A stretch of 64,000 bases of DNA from a virus. This document shows positions 28,779-38,869 of the stretch, in pieces. The stretch's first letter is position 1. Each line of letters begins with the position of its first letter. Location of the stretch: the IMG/VR virus record IMGVR_UViG_3300008267_012518; one strand, 5' to 3'. The notes below the pieces were generated by a model that worked only from the letters and a program-made list of their open reading frames with translations, was not told where the DNA came from and ran no database searches. Position numbers and translations under genes: made by a program.

Positions 28779-29447
28779 ATGTTGAATAATAAAATACCAC
28801 TCAAATCTAGGTTTAAAAAATTCGGAGGCGAATTTATACCAGATATAATTGAATACCTCAAGGAACAAATTGAACGAGATCCTTACATTACTATTAGCTT
28901 AGGGTGTGATTCGGTTCAGAGACATAGGAAAACTTTATATGCAGTAACCTTGATGATTTATAATACTGACATAAGGAATGGTGCTCACGTTGTCTTTTTC
29001 AGAGATAACCAAATGAGGGTAAGAGATAATCAAGAAAGGTTACAGAAGGAAGCCTTGATTATTCATGAAATTGCTGAATATTTGAATGAGGAACTTTCCA
29101 AATTTTATGTCAGAAAAGATTTGACAGATTTATCTAGAAGAGAATATAAATATCATTTAGAAAGATGTCTTGGTAAGTTTGATTACGTAAAAATGATAGA
29201 TGAAGAAAATGTAATCAAAAATTTAACATTGACTGAAAATGAAAAACAAGTAAAATTTAACTTGATAGATCTACACCTTGACTTCAATCCAAATGAAGGA
29301 AAGGTTGACAGCAGAGGTTACTCTCAAAATAAATCTAATGTGACTTATAAATCTTATGTACCTTGGCTAAGGAGTATAGGCTACAGGGTTTGGGTAAAAC
29401 CTTTAGCACACGCCAGTACAAGTGCTGCTGATTTACTTTTACAATAA
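28779..29447 (+). CDS. RNase H-like YkuK-family (DUF458) protein
   Basis: LGCDS, RLQKE, HLDFN, KP...STSAAD. Confidence 0.7.
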   Translation: MLNNKIPLKSRFKKFGGEFIPDIIEYLKEQIERDPYITISLGCDSVQRHRKTLYAVTLMIYNTDIRNGAHVVFFRDNQMRVRDNQERLQKEALIIHEIAEYLNEELSKFYVRKDLTDLSRREYKYHLERCLGKFDYVKMIDEENVIKNLTLTENEKQVKFNLIDLHLDFNPNEGKVDSRGYSQNKSNVTYKSYVPWLRSIGYRVWVKPLAHASTSAADLLLQ

Positions 29448-29480
29448 TGAAACTTTGAATAATTTTAAAAATAGAACTGT

Positions 29481-30071
29481 ATGAAATTTAAAGAGCTAAA
29501 AATCGTTGGTTTGTCTTATAGTAAATCACAAATGGGACAATATATTTTAGTGCTTGGTGAAAAGAAAGGTAGTTTAAAAATCCCTATTATAATTAAGGAA
29601 CATGAGGCTCAGTATATAGCTTTAAACCTTGAGGGTATCAAAACTCAAAAAACTCCAATATATGAAATCGTCAAAAGTATGACTGATAGTCTTGGTGCTG
29701 ATATCTTTCAGGCTTCAATTACACACATCCTAGAAGGAATCTTTTATTCAAAAATTCAAATGTCGAATATGGTCGATGAATTCGAGATAAATTGTGGTGT
29801 TGGTGATATGGTCTGTTTAGCTTTGAGTTACGGTTGTCCAATCTATGCTAGTTCTGATGTACTTAAAATATCTGGTATTTTGATGGATGATGAAGGGAAT
29901 ATCGACGAAGATCAACACAAGAAAAACACTCAAAAAAATAGAGATTACAAATCTGTTTTGACTGTACCGGATTTGGAAAAATTACTCAATAAGGCTTTAG
30001 AGAACGAGGAGTATGAAATTGCTTCTCAGATAAGAGATAGAATTACAGAAATAAAAGAAAAAACAAAATAA
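29481..30071 (+). CDS. Bifunctional nuclease-family (DUF151) protein with a C-terminal UVR domain
   Basis: IPIIIKEHEAQYIAL, HILEGIFYS; LEKLLNKALENEEYEIASQIRDRI. Confidence 0.8.
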   Translation: MKFKELKIVGLSYSKSQMGQYILVLGEKKGSLKIPIIIKEHEAQYIALNLEGIKTQKTPIYEIVKSMTDSLGADIFQASITHILEGIFYSKIQMSNMVDEFEINCGVGDMVCLALSYGCPIYASSDVLKISGILMDDEGNIDEDQHKKNTQKNRDYKSVLTVPDLEKLLNKALENEEYEIASQIRDRITEIKEKTK

Positions 30072-30889
30072 TGCCGGTAAGTTACATAGGTGGAAAATCA
30101 AGAATTGGTAAATGGATAAGGAATTATATTCCGAATGACATTGAAACATACGTAGAATGTTTTGGTGGTATGTATTGGACATTTTTTTGCCTTGATTTAT
30201 CGAAATATAAAAACTTGAAAACAGTTGTATACAATGACTTCAACCCATTGAATGTAAATGTTTTCAATTGTTTGAAAAACCATAAAGAGTTTTATGACGT
30301 GATTAAGACATATAAATCACAAGACCGTGAATTGTTCAATAAATTTCAAAAAGAACTCTTTGGTGGTGATTTTGTTGTAGATCTATCAAAGCCAGATTAC
30401 CATGCTGCTTGTAAGTATCTCTATCTATTAACACAGGTTTGGTCTGGTACTAATCCAGAAAAGGGTAAATTTATAGATCTGAAGGGGAAATACAATTCCA
30501 AATTTGATTCTTTCAAAAAGAAACTACAAAGTCCAAAATGGCATAACTTTTTCGAAAAGATAAATGTAATAGAAAATTTAGATTTTCAAGAGTTAGTCGA
30601 AAAATACGATAGTCAAACCACTTACTTTTACTGCGATCCACCGTACTATAAAACTGAAAATTACTATGCTAATCATGAGTTTGGTTTGAGTTCACACGAA
30701 AGATTAGCTAATTGTCTTAAGAATATCAAGGGTAAATTTTCACTCAGTTATTATTACTTTGACAAATTAACAGAGTGGTTCCCATCCCAAAATTACGCTT
30801 GGGCAAATAGACAATTTTCCAAGGCTGCTATGGCTAAATCAGGTAAAGAACAAACAAAAGCTACTGAACTTCTAATCATGAACTACTAA
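30071..30889 (+). CDS. dam: DNA adenine methyltransferase (Dam/D12 class)
   Basis: YIGGKS, YVECFGG, YNDFN, FYCDPPY, ELLIMNY. Confidence 0.9.
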   Translation: MPVSYIGGKSRIGKWIRNYIPNDIETYVECFGGMYWTFFCLDLSKYKNLKTVVYNDFNPLNVNVFNCLKNHKEFYDVIKTYKSQDRELFNKFQKELFGGDFVVDLSKPDYHAACKYLYLLTQVWSGTNPEKGKFIDLKGKYNSKFDSFKKKLQSPKWHNFFEKINVIENLDFQELVEKYDSQTTYFYCDPPYYKTENYYANHEFGLSSHERLANCLKNIKGKFSLSYYYFDKLTEWFPSQNYAWANRQFSKAAMAKSGKEQTKATELLIMNY

Positions 30890-30890
30890 T

Positions 30891-31280
30891 ATGTGGGTAA
30901 TAATTGCTAAGACTGGTCTAGATAAACATAGAGAAGATATCATTTCAGATATCTTAGATCAAGAACCAAATCTCGAACCAGACCTTTTCATAAAAAAGAA
31001 GGGGACAAAATATAATGTAACAGGTAGTATGTCTGAGGCTCAATTTTATAAATTAGAATCCTCTTGTAAAAAACTTATTCAGAGGTTTCAAAAGTCTAAA
31101 GCTACAAACATTGTTCCGTACTACGATAAATTTTACTGGGTGAAGGATTATCACCTTTCCTACAAAAAAGTCACCAAAGATGAGTGGAACAAAATGTGTG
31201 ACAGTGACATAAACTTACTAACACAAAGCTTTCATTATCAGAAGTCTTTAATCGAAAATCGTAGGAAGTCATTCAAATGA
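30891..31280 (+). CDS. Hypothetical protein
   Basis: 129-aa ORF in the same operon. Confidence 0.55.
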   Translation: MWVIIAKTGLDKHREDIISDILDQEPNLEPDLFIKKKGTKYNVTGSMSEAQFYKLESSCKKLIQRFQKSKATNIVPYYDKFYWVKDYHLSYKKVTKDEWNKMCDSDINLLTQSFHYQKSLIENRRKSFK

Positions 31281-31561
31281 TGAGGTCTAAAACTTGGGTT
31301 AAAGATAAATCTTTTGAGTATAAATCAGGAGATATTGTAAAGTTAGTTAGGAAAAAGAAAAATGGACACCCAAGGACTTTGGATTTCGGAGTCATCTATA
31401 AGGTTTTGAAAGTTGAGAATGAAGATTTATATGTCCAAAAATTAGATGAAGAAGAACTACATCTAGGAGATATTCGCATTAAAAAAGTAAATAAAAATTA
31501 CTTTGCCCCAATTCAAAAGATGAGGGACGAACTAATAAATGACATTTTGAATAATGATTAA
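31277..31561 (+). CDS. Small SH3-like hypothetical protein with C-terminal RDELINDIL motif
   Basis: YKSGDIVKL...YKVLKV. Confidence 0.55.
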   Translation: MMRSKTWVKDKSFEYKSGDIVKLVRKKKNGHPRTLDFGVIYKVLKVENEDLYVQKLDEEELHLGDIRIKKVNKNYFAPIQKMRDELINDILNND

Positions 31562-31778
31562 GGTAGGTGATTTAGTGATAAAAAATACAGGTGGGAATAA
31601 AATGAGAGTTGTTTCCATTGTTGATAATAAAGCTGAGTGTGCTTGGATTACCGAATCATTCAATCAAGATTTTTTTCCAGTAAAAGATTTACTACCACTC
31701 AGTGAATATGGATCTCTTTTCACAGAAGAAAAGAGAAACGATAAAATTCAAAGTATATTAAATTGGACCCAATCATAA
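31554..31778 (+). CDS. YodC/DUF2158-like small protein with C-terminal RNDKIQSIL motif
   Basis: IKVGDLV...GGNKMRV...AECAW. Confidence 0.6.
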   Translation: MIKVGDLVIKNTGGNKMRVVSIVDNKAECAWITESFNQDFFPVKDLLPLSEYGSLFTEEKRNDKIQSILNWTQS

Positions 31779-34364
31779 AAATATTACTGAAGATCCATTA
31801 TTAGAATTCGAGCTTGGTACAGGTGAAGCATTAAGCCAATATTTGAAACCTTTAGTCGCATTTTGTTTAGAGATAAACATATCATCGACATTCACCCAAC
31901 CAGCGGTTCCGTCACAGTCAACAACTATTTCAAAGGCCGAATTGTCTGATGCGATTGGGGTTACTCCACTAATATATTCAAAAGCACCACTTGACGCAGC
32001 ACTTGCAGTTGCCAAAATAATATCTGTTGAACCTGTCCAAGTGGCTGAATTAACTTTACAAACAAGTCTGGGGAAATTTCCACTGTAAGTAGCTCCATCA
32101 CCTATAACAGATTTTCTTACCCAAACACCAACTGTAATAGTTTTTCCAGTTTCTACTGGCACGTAAACAGGATTTGATTCTATTTTATAAGTTGCATTTA
32201 ATGGTGATAACCTCAATGAGCTCGGAGAAGTTCTAAATATTGTTAAATCACTACGTATCGTCCCATTAAATTTATATATGAGGTGAGTACCATCAACCTG
32301 ACCATCTCTAGCTGAGTAAACATAACTAGGTCTACTAAATAAAGTAGTCGGTGATTGAACTTTTGTCGTGGAAAGAAATGAACTATTTTTGAATATCAAT
32401 TGACTGATAGCGCCAGTTTGAACTAATGATACATCCGCAGTCGAGTGGGTACTCATAATGAAATTTTCAAATGTAATTGGTACTAGGGGGTTTAAAGACC
32501 TCACTCCTATTGGTGAAGCTTGCGTTGGTCCACCATAAAGGGTTGCACCTAAGAACCTAAAATCTCCAGATACGGATAAGTTAACATTAGCAGTTGCATT
32601 TGAAAATGCTTCAAATTGTCCAATTATCCAACCCCAAGAATACCCAGTACCCGCCGCTCCCGCAAATCCAAACTGAGCGTTTAAATACATTCGATTATTG
32701 GATATGTCATGTTGCTCACCGATATTGGTATAAGCGCCAGAATTCGGTGCAAAACTAATTCCATTAGTAGTGTTACACTTAAACACAGAATTTCTAATTA
32801 TGATAGGACCAGTATCATAAGAACTATTATTTCCGAATAAAATACCAGATCCAGCGGAAGCGATAAATCTACAATTATCTATGGTGAAAGCATTGTTAGC
32901 ACTTGGATAAGACCAGTTACTGACAGCCCTTATACCCCAAGAGTTAGTAAACTTTACAGTTGATTGTGTACTACTAACTAAGTTACCTGCTCCAAACATT
33001 GAGTTATAGTTGTGAAATACACAATCATCAAAACTCATAGTCACACCTGCCGGAATGGCACTATCGGTTATAAGATTTCTTGAGCTACTACCCCAAAAAG
33101 AACATCCTACAAAATTTATTAAACTAGTCGATGTTGTTTCGGTTGCTGAATTTGATATTGCACCAAAATTAAATTCAGTATAATCCATATCGATTGTTAT
33201 TTGACCATTATAAGTATGTAAAGAATCAACGGAGCTACTTAGCCCCCCCACAATCTTAACATTTCTAGTCAAATTAATTATTTCACAATCTGTATTAGCC
33301 CATATTGTTTTTGCATTTGATAATGTTCCAGTCAAGGTTATTGTTGTACCGGAAGCCGTTGCCGACATTGTAAGAAAGTTAAAACCAGCGGAACTATTTG
33401 TGGTTGGAGCAATAACGATGTTGTCACTTCGATTCCAACCAGTCGAAGTTGAAGTTGTTATTGATGAAGTACCCAAAGAAGCATTAGATCCAAGTAGTGC
33501 TCTACCACTTTTGGTTGCTCCATAACTATACAAATACCCAAATTGTCTAACATTAATTTGGAATTGATTGTTAGTTGACATTGTAAACCTTATCAAAGCT
33601 GAAGAACTTGATGGGATCGGATTTCCAGAAGTACCAATATTCAATATACCTCCACCCCCAATATTTATAGCACCATTACAAACCAATTGATATGATGTAC
33701 TTGCACTTATACCAAAGTTAACAATTCCCCTTCTACCAATTTCAAGAGATGGAAAAACAGCACTTGCACTTCCAAAAATTGTGGAGGTGGTGTTATTCAT
33801 TGTAACCGTGTAGTCAACACCAACTCCGGCAGCAGTGTGTTCTCCAGCAACAATTAGTGTGTCTGTAGAAGATGGTGTAGCATTTGTTGAAGTTACTAAA
33901 CATCTTATCCAGTTTGAACCAATTAAAGAATGCCCAAGTGAAACCTGTGAGGTCACTGATGTGGCTGCTTGAACATTATATGCAGTAGCAGCTAACAATG
34001 TAACCGGTGATGCAAACTTGAAATAACACCAATAAAAGGAGGTTGGTACTGAAAGAGTGGTTAGTGGTAAATCAGAAACATTTAAAGTAACTGTAGTACC
34101 AGTAACTGCAGATCCACCAGTAGATAACCTTATAGTTATAGTACCACTTGGACTAGCTACTCTACTCGTTACCTTTACTGCGATCCCTTCTACTGTAATA
34201 GCACCTGGAGTAAATGCACTAGAAGTTTGAAAGGTTGTTATAAGTGTTGTAGCACTAGTTTCTGTATTCGCAAATGATGTTGGATCAACTACTTTCCAAG
34301 TTGTTGATGTTGTCCAATCGCCTGATTGTACTGAAAATAAAACCGCCATTATAAATTCTCCCAA
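31773..34364 (-). CDS. Large S/T/G-rich virion protein, tail spike/fibre-like with a probable beta-helix
   Basis: 863 aa with repeated beta-strand/turn patterns (FTIDNCRF, IIRNSVF, HDISNNRM); downstream of the collagen-like fibre gene. Confidence 0.55.
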   Translation of the reverse strand: MGEFIMAVLFSVQSGDWTTSTTWKVVDPTSFANTETSATTLITTFQTSSAFTPGAITVEGIAVKVTSRVASPSGTITIRLSTGGSAVTGTTVTLNVSDLPLTTLSVPTSFYWCYFKFASPVTLLAATAYNVQAATSVTSQVSLGHSLIGSNWIRCLVTSTNATPSSTDTLIVAGEHTAAGVGVDYTVTMNNTTSTIFGSASAVFPSLEIGRRGIVNFGISASTSYQLVCNGAINIGGGGILNIGTSGNPIPSSSSALIRFTMSTNNQFQINVRQFGYLYSYGATKSGRALLGSNASLGTSSITTSTSTGWNRSDNIVIAPTTNSSAGFNFLTMSATASGTTITLTGTLSNAKTIWANTDCEIINLTRNVKIVGGLSSSVDSLHTYNGQITIDMDYTEFNFGAISNSATETTSTSLINFVGCSFWGSSSRNLITDSAIPAGVTMSFDDCVFHNYNSMFGAGNLVSSTQSTVKFTNSWGIRAVSNWSYPSANNAFTIDNCRFIASAGSGILFGNNSSYDTGPIIIRNSVFKCNTTNGISFAPNSGAYTNIGEQHDISNNRMYLNAQFGFAGAAGTGYSWGWIIGQFEAFSNATANVNLSVSGDFRFLGATLYGGPTQASPIGVRSLNPLVPITFENFIMSTHSTADVSLVQTGAISQLIFKNSSFLSTTKVQSPTTLFSRPSYVYSARDGQVDGTHLIYKFNGTIRSDLTIFRTSPSSLRLSPLNATYKIESNPVYVPVETGKTITVGVWVRKSVIGDGATYSGNFPRLVCKVNSATWTGSTDIILATASAASSGAFEYISGVTPIASDNSAFEIVVDCDGTAGWVNVDDMFISKQNATKGFKYWLNASPVPSSNSNNGSSVIFL

Positions 34365-34540
34365 TAGGTCGTAGCCTCATCAATTGAAAGCTGCTTCCAT
34401 AGTTCTATATTTTCGTCAGTTACCTTATCATCAGTAACTGATATTTCTTTGAAATAATACCTACCATCTTCATTATCTACACGAATGAAACATTCATAAA
34501 ATCCACCATATTGGTAAAAATTTGCAATCGAAGCTGTCAT
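34349..34540 (-). CDS. Small protein between the fibre genes (possible assembly chaperone)
   Basis: 63 aa overlapping both neighbours. Confidence 0.45.
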   Translation of the reverse strand: MTASIANFYQYGGFYECFIRVDNEDGRYYFKEISVTDDKVTDENIELWKQLSIDEATTYWENL

Positions 34541-37500
34541 GTTCTTTTTCCTATTAATTCTACCAACCCCGTAGAAGCCATAAAATATAAATGGGTTCTT
34601 GAATTAGCTGTGTAATTTAGATCTGTATCAATATCACCAGTATTATACTGCGTATCATATGATAAAGTTCTTGAACCAGTACCATCTTGTGTAACAATTA
34701 CACCAAAATATTTTACATCAGTCCCTGTTGGCATATTAGTTGGGTTTTCTAAAGTTCTATTACCTCCCAATGTAACACTAAATATGGAACTATTAGAGTC
34801 GGTTATATCAATCGAAATTGTAGCGGCATCTATCAAAACAGTAGGTGTGATACTTCCACCACCCCCACCACCTGATCCGGCTGGTCCTTGTGGACCAGTT
34901 GGGCCCTGAGAACCAGTTGATCCCTTAGCCGATAATTGATCCCACCCATTTGCTACAGAGGGTGTTACGGACAAAGGTCCCCCCGAATTATTATACCAGG
35001 TCTCACCATTATAGGTGACTATATCACCCACAGCATAAATACTTGGTGGTGCCTGCCAGGTACCTTGAAAATACCAATCTGGAGTTGTGCCACTATCACC
35101 TGCTGGACCTGTTGACCCCTGAGGGCCAGTGGGTCCTTGGGATCCAGTTGCACCAGTAGCACCTCTAGATCCTTGAGAACCAGTTGCACCACCGGATAAT
35201 TCCGAAATAGTATAGATAGAACCACTCGATAATGTACCACCACCTGAAACGAATGTTAAACCCCAATTCCAAGTAGGTGTAGGAATACCATGAGAAGTAA
35301 GACGATATATGCCATAATTTGAAGAATTTCCTACTTCTGATATTTGTGCAGTTATTGGCTTTGGTGCCAGATAGTCAGTGAAAATATTCACTAACCAATT
35401 ATAGATAATATTTCCATAAATATCTGTAGGATATCCTGTAGGGGATGGTGGTGAATTGAAACTAATACTTGAGATAGAGCTAAAACTATAACCACCTGAT
35501 GTACCAAAGTTAACATTAAAACTACCAGTCGCACTTGGTGTGCTCGAAGCGGAAGATCCAAATGAAAGCCTTACTGAATTTGGACCGTCAGATCCTGTTA
35601 ATCCAGTCGATCCTTGTGGACCAGTAGTTCCTTGAAATCCAGTTGATCCCTGAAAACCTTGAGGTCCTTGTGGACCAGTAGCACCAATTGACGATATAAC
35701 TAATATAACTTCGTGATTGTTTGGAAAATTAGTATATCCAAGACCAGTAGCAGTCACTAAACTTACTGGTATCTCTACATAAGTATTTGGTACTATAGTC
35801 AATGATCCATTAACTAACCATTGTTGGTAAGAGGTAGAATCATTTCTATCTTGGATAATTATTTTATCACCAGCAGATATTAATTCTAAAAATATATCTA
35901 CATCATCTCCTGACTCATCTATGTGTGACACGGATAATGCAGTAGCTGATATTTGTGTTGGGTTATTCCAAATTATATATCCTGTGGGTGCAACGTAACC
36001 ATCTACAAAATAAGAACCTGTTACATATGACTCTACAGTTGAACTAGTAATTGCTAAATAGTTGAAAAATTGATTCGACTGTCCTTTTTGACCCTGAGGA
36101 CCTTGTGGACCTGTATTTCCTTGAAATCCTTGTGGACCAGTAAATCCTTGTGGTCCGGTTGTTCCTTGGGTTCCTGTATTTCCTTGTGGACCAGTGTTTC
36201 CTTGGGTTCCAGTCGAACCTTGGGATCCACTACCTTGCGGACCTGTTTCACCTTGTGGTCCGGTTGTTCCTTGGTCACCAGTAAATCCTTGTGAACCAGT
36301 TACACCCTGATAACCTGTAAATCCTTGTGGACCTGTTGAACCTTGACTACCGGTGGGTCCAGTACTTCCGGAACCTGTTCCGCCACCCGCTGGACCTTGA
36401 GGACCTGTCGTACCCTGGGGACCGGTTGTTCCAGAACCTGTACCACCAGTTGATGGTTTAGCCTCCCATCTCGAATTTGTGCCACTCCATTGTAGAACAT
36501 CACCATCGTTTGGAGTTGTATAAAAGACATCATGTAATTCTTTTAATTCATATCCAGTATCAACCTTGACAAATATTTTCCCATTGTTTTGATGAGCATA
36601 TACCACATATCCAACAATTATTATGTGATTTGGAGCCTGTGGAATGACATTCGTTATACCACCTGGTACACTAGATGACAGATATAAAACATCTCCATCG
36701 GACCAAGATTCGCCATGAAAACTAGTAGCCGTGGTATTTATACCGTTAACAAGTCCAAAGGTAGTTATAAAACCTTCCTCATTATTTAATATTGTTTCAG
36801 TTACTATACCTAGTGTAGTAGTTGAGTCTGGATCATTATCACCTTGTGATAGAACAACTGCTAATCTTTGACCTTGAGAACCACCCTCAGTTGTTATACG
36901 TATCCTAACTACCTTATATTCTGATTCTAATAAATCACTGCCCGACTTATTAACTACTCTTACTACATTCTCTTGACCAATTTGAAGATTGACATTACCA
37001 CCCTTTAAACCTAAATTTAATGTACCATCAGTATCATTCCAATAAAGTCGACCTGGTGATGAGATAGATGTGCTCTGTGTGTAAAAATCTATATAATCTA
37101 AATTGGTAATCTCGTGGTTCAACATATTAATTGATGTTGAAGCGGTATTTCCCTGTGTCAAAACAATTGACAGTGATGGTGTAGGACCGAGTGGACCAGT
37201 CACTCCTTGATATCCTTGTGGACCAGTCACTCCTTGATATCCTTGTGGACCACCAGCGGGCCCAGATGGTCCAGCTGGACCTTGATTACCAGCACCGCCA
37301 CCAATAATTATTGTACCACTTAATGTAGCACCAAAATTTATATCGATTGAATATGTGGATGTGTGTATAATGGAAGCGGGAAAGATATTGTTTCCCAAAT
37401 CATCAATAATTTGAACCAATGGATAAGAACCACTACTGTGTGTGACAGTTATATTATCAACAAGTATGAATGGGATATTTAATGAAGGAGCAGCTGAAGG

Positions 37501-37773
37501 ACCAGTAACACCCTGTGATCCGGTAACACCTTGTATTCCTGTAGATCCTTGTGGTCCGGTAGATCCTTGTGACCCATCTATACCAGTAGATCCAGCATCT
37601 CCTACTGGTCCTTGTGGGCCAGTAGGACCCACATCTCCTTGAGGTCCAACTGAAACAGAACCTATTATAGAAAAAAGTTCGTTACCAAACCCATCATAAT
37701 AGGTATCACCTATTACTTGCACTAATCTACCATAAGTTGAGGACACCGTTTGACCGGTTAAACTATATGTCAT
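34537..37773 (-). CDS. Collagen-like mosaic tail-fibre protein
   Basis: Several Gly-X-Y blocks (GPQG-x-T) between globular modules; CBM5/12-like YAVGDIVTYNGETWY; C-terminal VTLGGNRTL...VTQDGTGSRTL. Confidence 0.8.
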   Translation of the reverse strand: MTYSLTGQTVSSTYGRLVQVIGDTYYDGFGNELFSIIGSVSVGPQGDVGPTGPQGPVGDAGSTGIDGSQGSTGPQGSTGIQGVTGSQGVTGPSAAPSLNIPFILVDNITVTHSSGSYPLVQIIDDLGNNIFPASIIHTSTYSIDINFGATLSGTIIIGGGAGNQGPAGPSGPAGGPQGYQGVTGPQGYQGVTGPLGPTPSLSIVLTQGNTASTSINMLNHEITNLDYIDFYTQSTSISSPGRLYWNDTDGTLNLGLKGGNVNLQIGQENVVRVVNKSGSDLLESEYKVVRIRITTEGGSQGQRLAVVLSQGDNDPDSTTTLGIVTETILNNEEGFITTFGLVNGINTTATSFHGESWSDGDVLYLSSSVPGGITNVIPQAPNHIIIVGYVVYAHQNNGKIFVKVDTGYELKELHDVFYTTPNDGDVLQWSGTNSRWEAKPSTGGTGSGTTGPQGTTGPQGPAGGGTGSGSTGPTGSQGSTGPQGFTGYQGVTGSQGFTGDQGTTGPQGETGPQGSGSQGSTGTQGNTGPQGNTGTQGTTGPQGFTGPQGFQGNTGPQGPQGQKGQSNQFFNYLAITSSTVESYVTGSYFVDGYVAPTGYIIWNNPTQISATALSVSHIDESGDDVDIFLELISAGDKIIIQDRNDSTSYQQWLVNGSLTIVPNTYVEIPVSLVTATGLGYTNFPNNHEVILVISSIGATGPQGPQGFQGSTGFQGTTGPQGSTGLTGSDGPNSVRLSFGSSASSTPSATGSFNVNFGTSGGYSFSSISSISFNSPPSPTGYPTDIYGNIIYNWLVNIFTDYLAPKPITAQISEVGNSSNYGIYRLTSHGIPTPTWNWGLTFVSGGGTLSSGSIYTISELSGGATGSQGSRGATGATGSQGPTGPQGSTGPAGDSGTTPDWYFQGTWQAPPSIYAVGDIVTYNGETWYNNSGGPLSVTPSVANGWDQLSAKGSTGSQGPTGPQGPAGSGGGGGGSITPTVLIDAATISIDITDSNSSIFSVTLGGNRTLENPTNMPTGTDVKYFGVIVTQDGTGSRTLSYDTQYNTGDIDTDLNYTANSRTHLYFMASTGLVELIGKRT
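37191..37252. repeat. 27-bp tandem repeat inside a collagen block
   Basis: GTGGACCAGTCACTCCTTGATATCCTT twice plus a partial third copy; encodes GPQGYQGVT. Confidence 0.85.
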
Positions 37774-37780
37774 ATCCTAT

Positions 37781-37824
37781 TATATATTAACAATAGTCCC
37801 TTGGAAAGGGATACTAAATATATA
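37781..37824. promoter_or_regulatory. Back-to-back putative late promoters (AATATATA on each strand) around a small hairpin
   Basis: TATATATT at 37781-37788 and AATATATA at 37817-37824, 7 and 5 nt from their ATGs. Confidence 0.55.
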
Positions 37825-37829
37825 CGGTA

Positions 37830-38168
37830 ATGGCGACTAAAGTTTTTCTTGAATGGGAAAATGTTAATTTTACTTGGGATAACCTAGATATGTTATGGGA
37901 AGATGTTGCCATACTAATTGAGGTAGGACAAGTCGTAAAAAAAGGTGGTGGTGGACTTGCTGAATATGTCCGTGGTAATCCTTGGGATGTTACAAAAAGA
38001 GAATTAGGTGAGGAGAAAACTAAAAAATTCATTAAGATATTTTGTAGAGTAAATAATTTGGATTTTGAGGAAGTTATTGAACCGAATTCGAAAGTCAAAG
38101 TCACGGTCGAACAAATGGAAAAAACGCTTAATGAGTCTCTTAAAATAGGCGTAAAAATTGACTTTTAA
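37830..38168 (+). CDS. Hypothetical protein, likely late/virion
   Basis: 112 aa; AATATATA immediately upstream. Confidence 0.6.
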   Translation: MATKVFLEWENVNFTWDNLDMLWEDVAILIEVGQVVKKGGGGLAEYVRGNPWDVTKRELGEEKTKKFIKIFCRVNNLDFEEVIEPNSKVKVTVEQMEKTLNESLKIGVKIDF

Positions 38169-38185
38169 AAATAATATATAATCTT

Positions 38186-38869
38186 ATGGAAAACAAGGAC
38201 ATTATCAACTTTTCTAAATTCTTTGAGTCATCTGGTAAGACCAATACATTCAAAAGAGAAGATTTTTCTGATTTTTTTGTGAATGATAATGAAACAGAAA
38301 CAGAAAATGAATCCAAGAGTGAGATAGAATTCGATCCTTCTAAAATATTCAAAATTGAAGAACCTGAGTTACAAGAACCATTTGATCCACCCATCAAACC
38401 AGAGGAATTTGTCATTGACGAAGAGGATCCTGAGGAACTTGATTTTGAAGAATCATTACCAGAACCCAAACATAAAATTAAGGAAAACGTTTCTAATGAC
38501 GATTTCTATGCTGTTTATAAAGATAAATCGGAAAATTTCTCTTGTGATGTTTTAGTTGAAGGTGCTAGTATAAATGACACTCAAGCAAGACTTATTTTAG
38601 AATCTGATGATTGGACTTTAATGTTCGAGGGTGATATTGATAGAAATGGAAAATGTACTATACCTATCAAAAAACTTAACATCCTTAACGAAGGTACTAT
38701 GGGTAGAATTAGATTGGAGGTTATCGCTGATAATACTGTTTTTATTCCTTGGGAAGATGATTTCAAGGTAAAGATGAGTAAGAGAGTAACGGTTCAGGTT
38801 AATGAAGGTAGGAGAAATCAACCAGTACGTCAAAATAGAGAATCCAACGTCAAAGTTAAACTTAGATAA
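38186..38869 (+). CDS. Acidic hypothetical protein with a capsid-targeting-like N-terminus
   Basis: Starts MENKDIINFSKFFES; E/P/D-rich linker; AATATATA at 38173-38180. Confidence 0.6.
   Translation: MENKDIINFSKFFESSGKTNTFKREDFSDFFVNDNETETENESKSEIEFDPSKIFKIEEPELQEPFDPPIKPEEFVIDEEDPEELDFEESLPEPKHKIKENVSNDDFYAVYKDKSENFSCDVLVEGASINDTQARLILESDDWTLMFEGDIDRNGKCTIPIKKLNILNEGTMGRIRLEVIADNTVFIPWEDDFKVKMSKRVTVQVNEGRRNQPVRQNRESNVKVKLR

Noticed and set aside
35080-37650. CRISPR array or diversity-generating retroelement repeats
   Set aside because: The repeats are in-frame Gly-X-Y codon repeats with no constant repeat/unique spacer pattern. No cas or reverse transcriptase gene is present, and I noticed no template/variable repeat pair.
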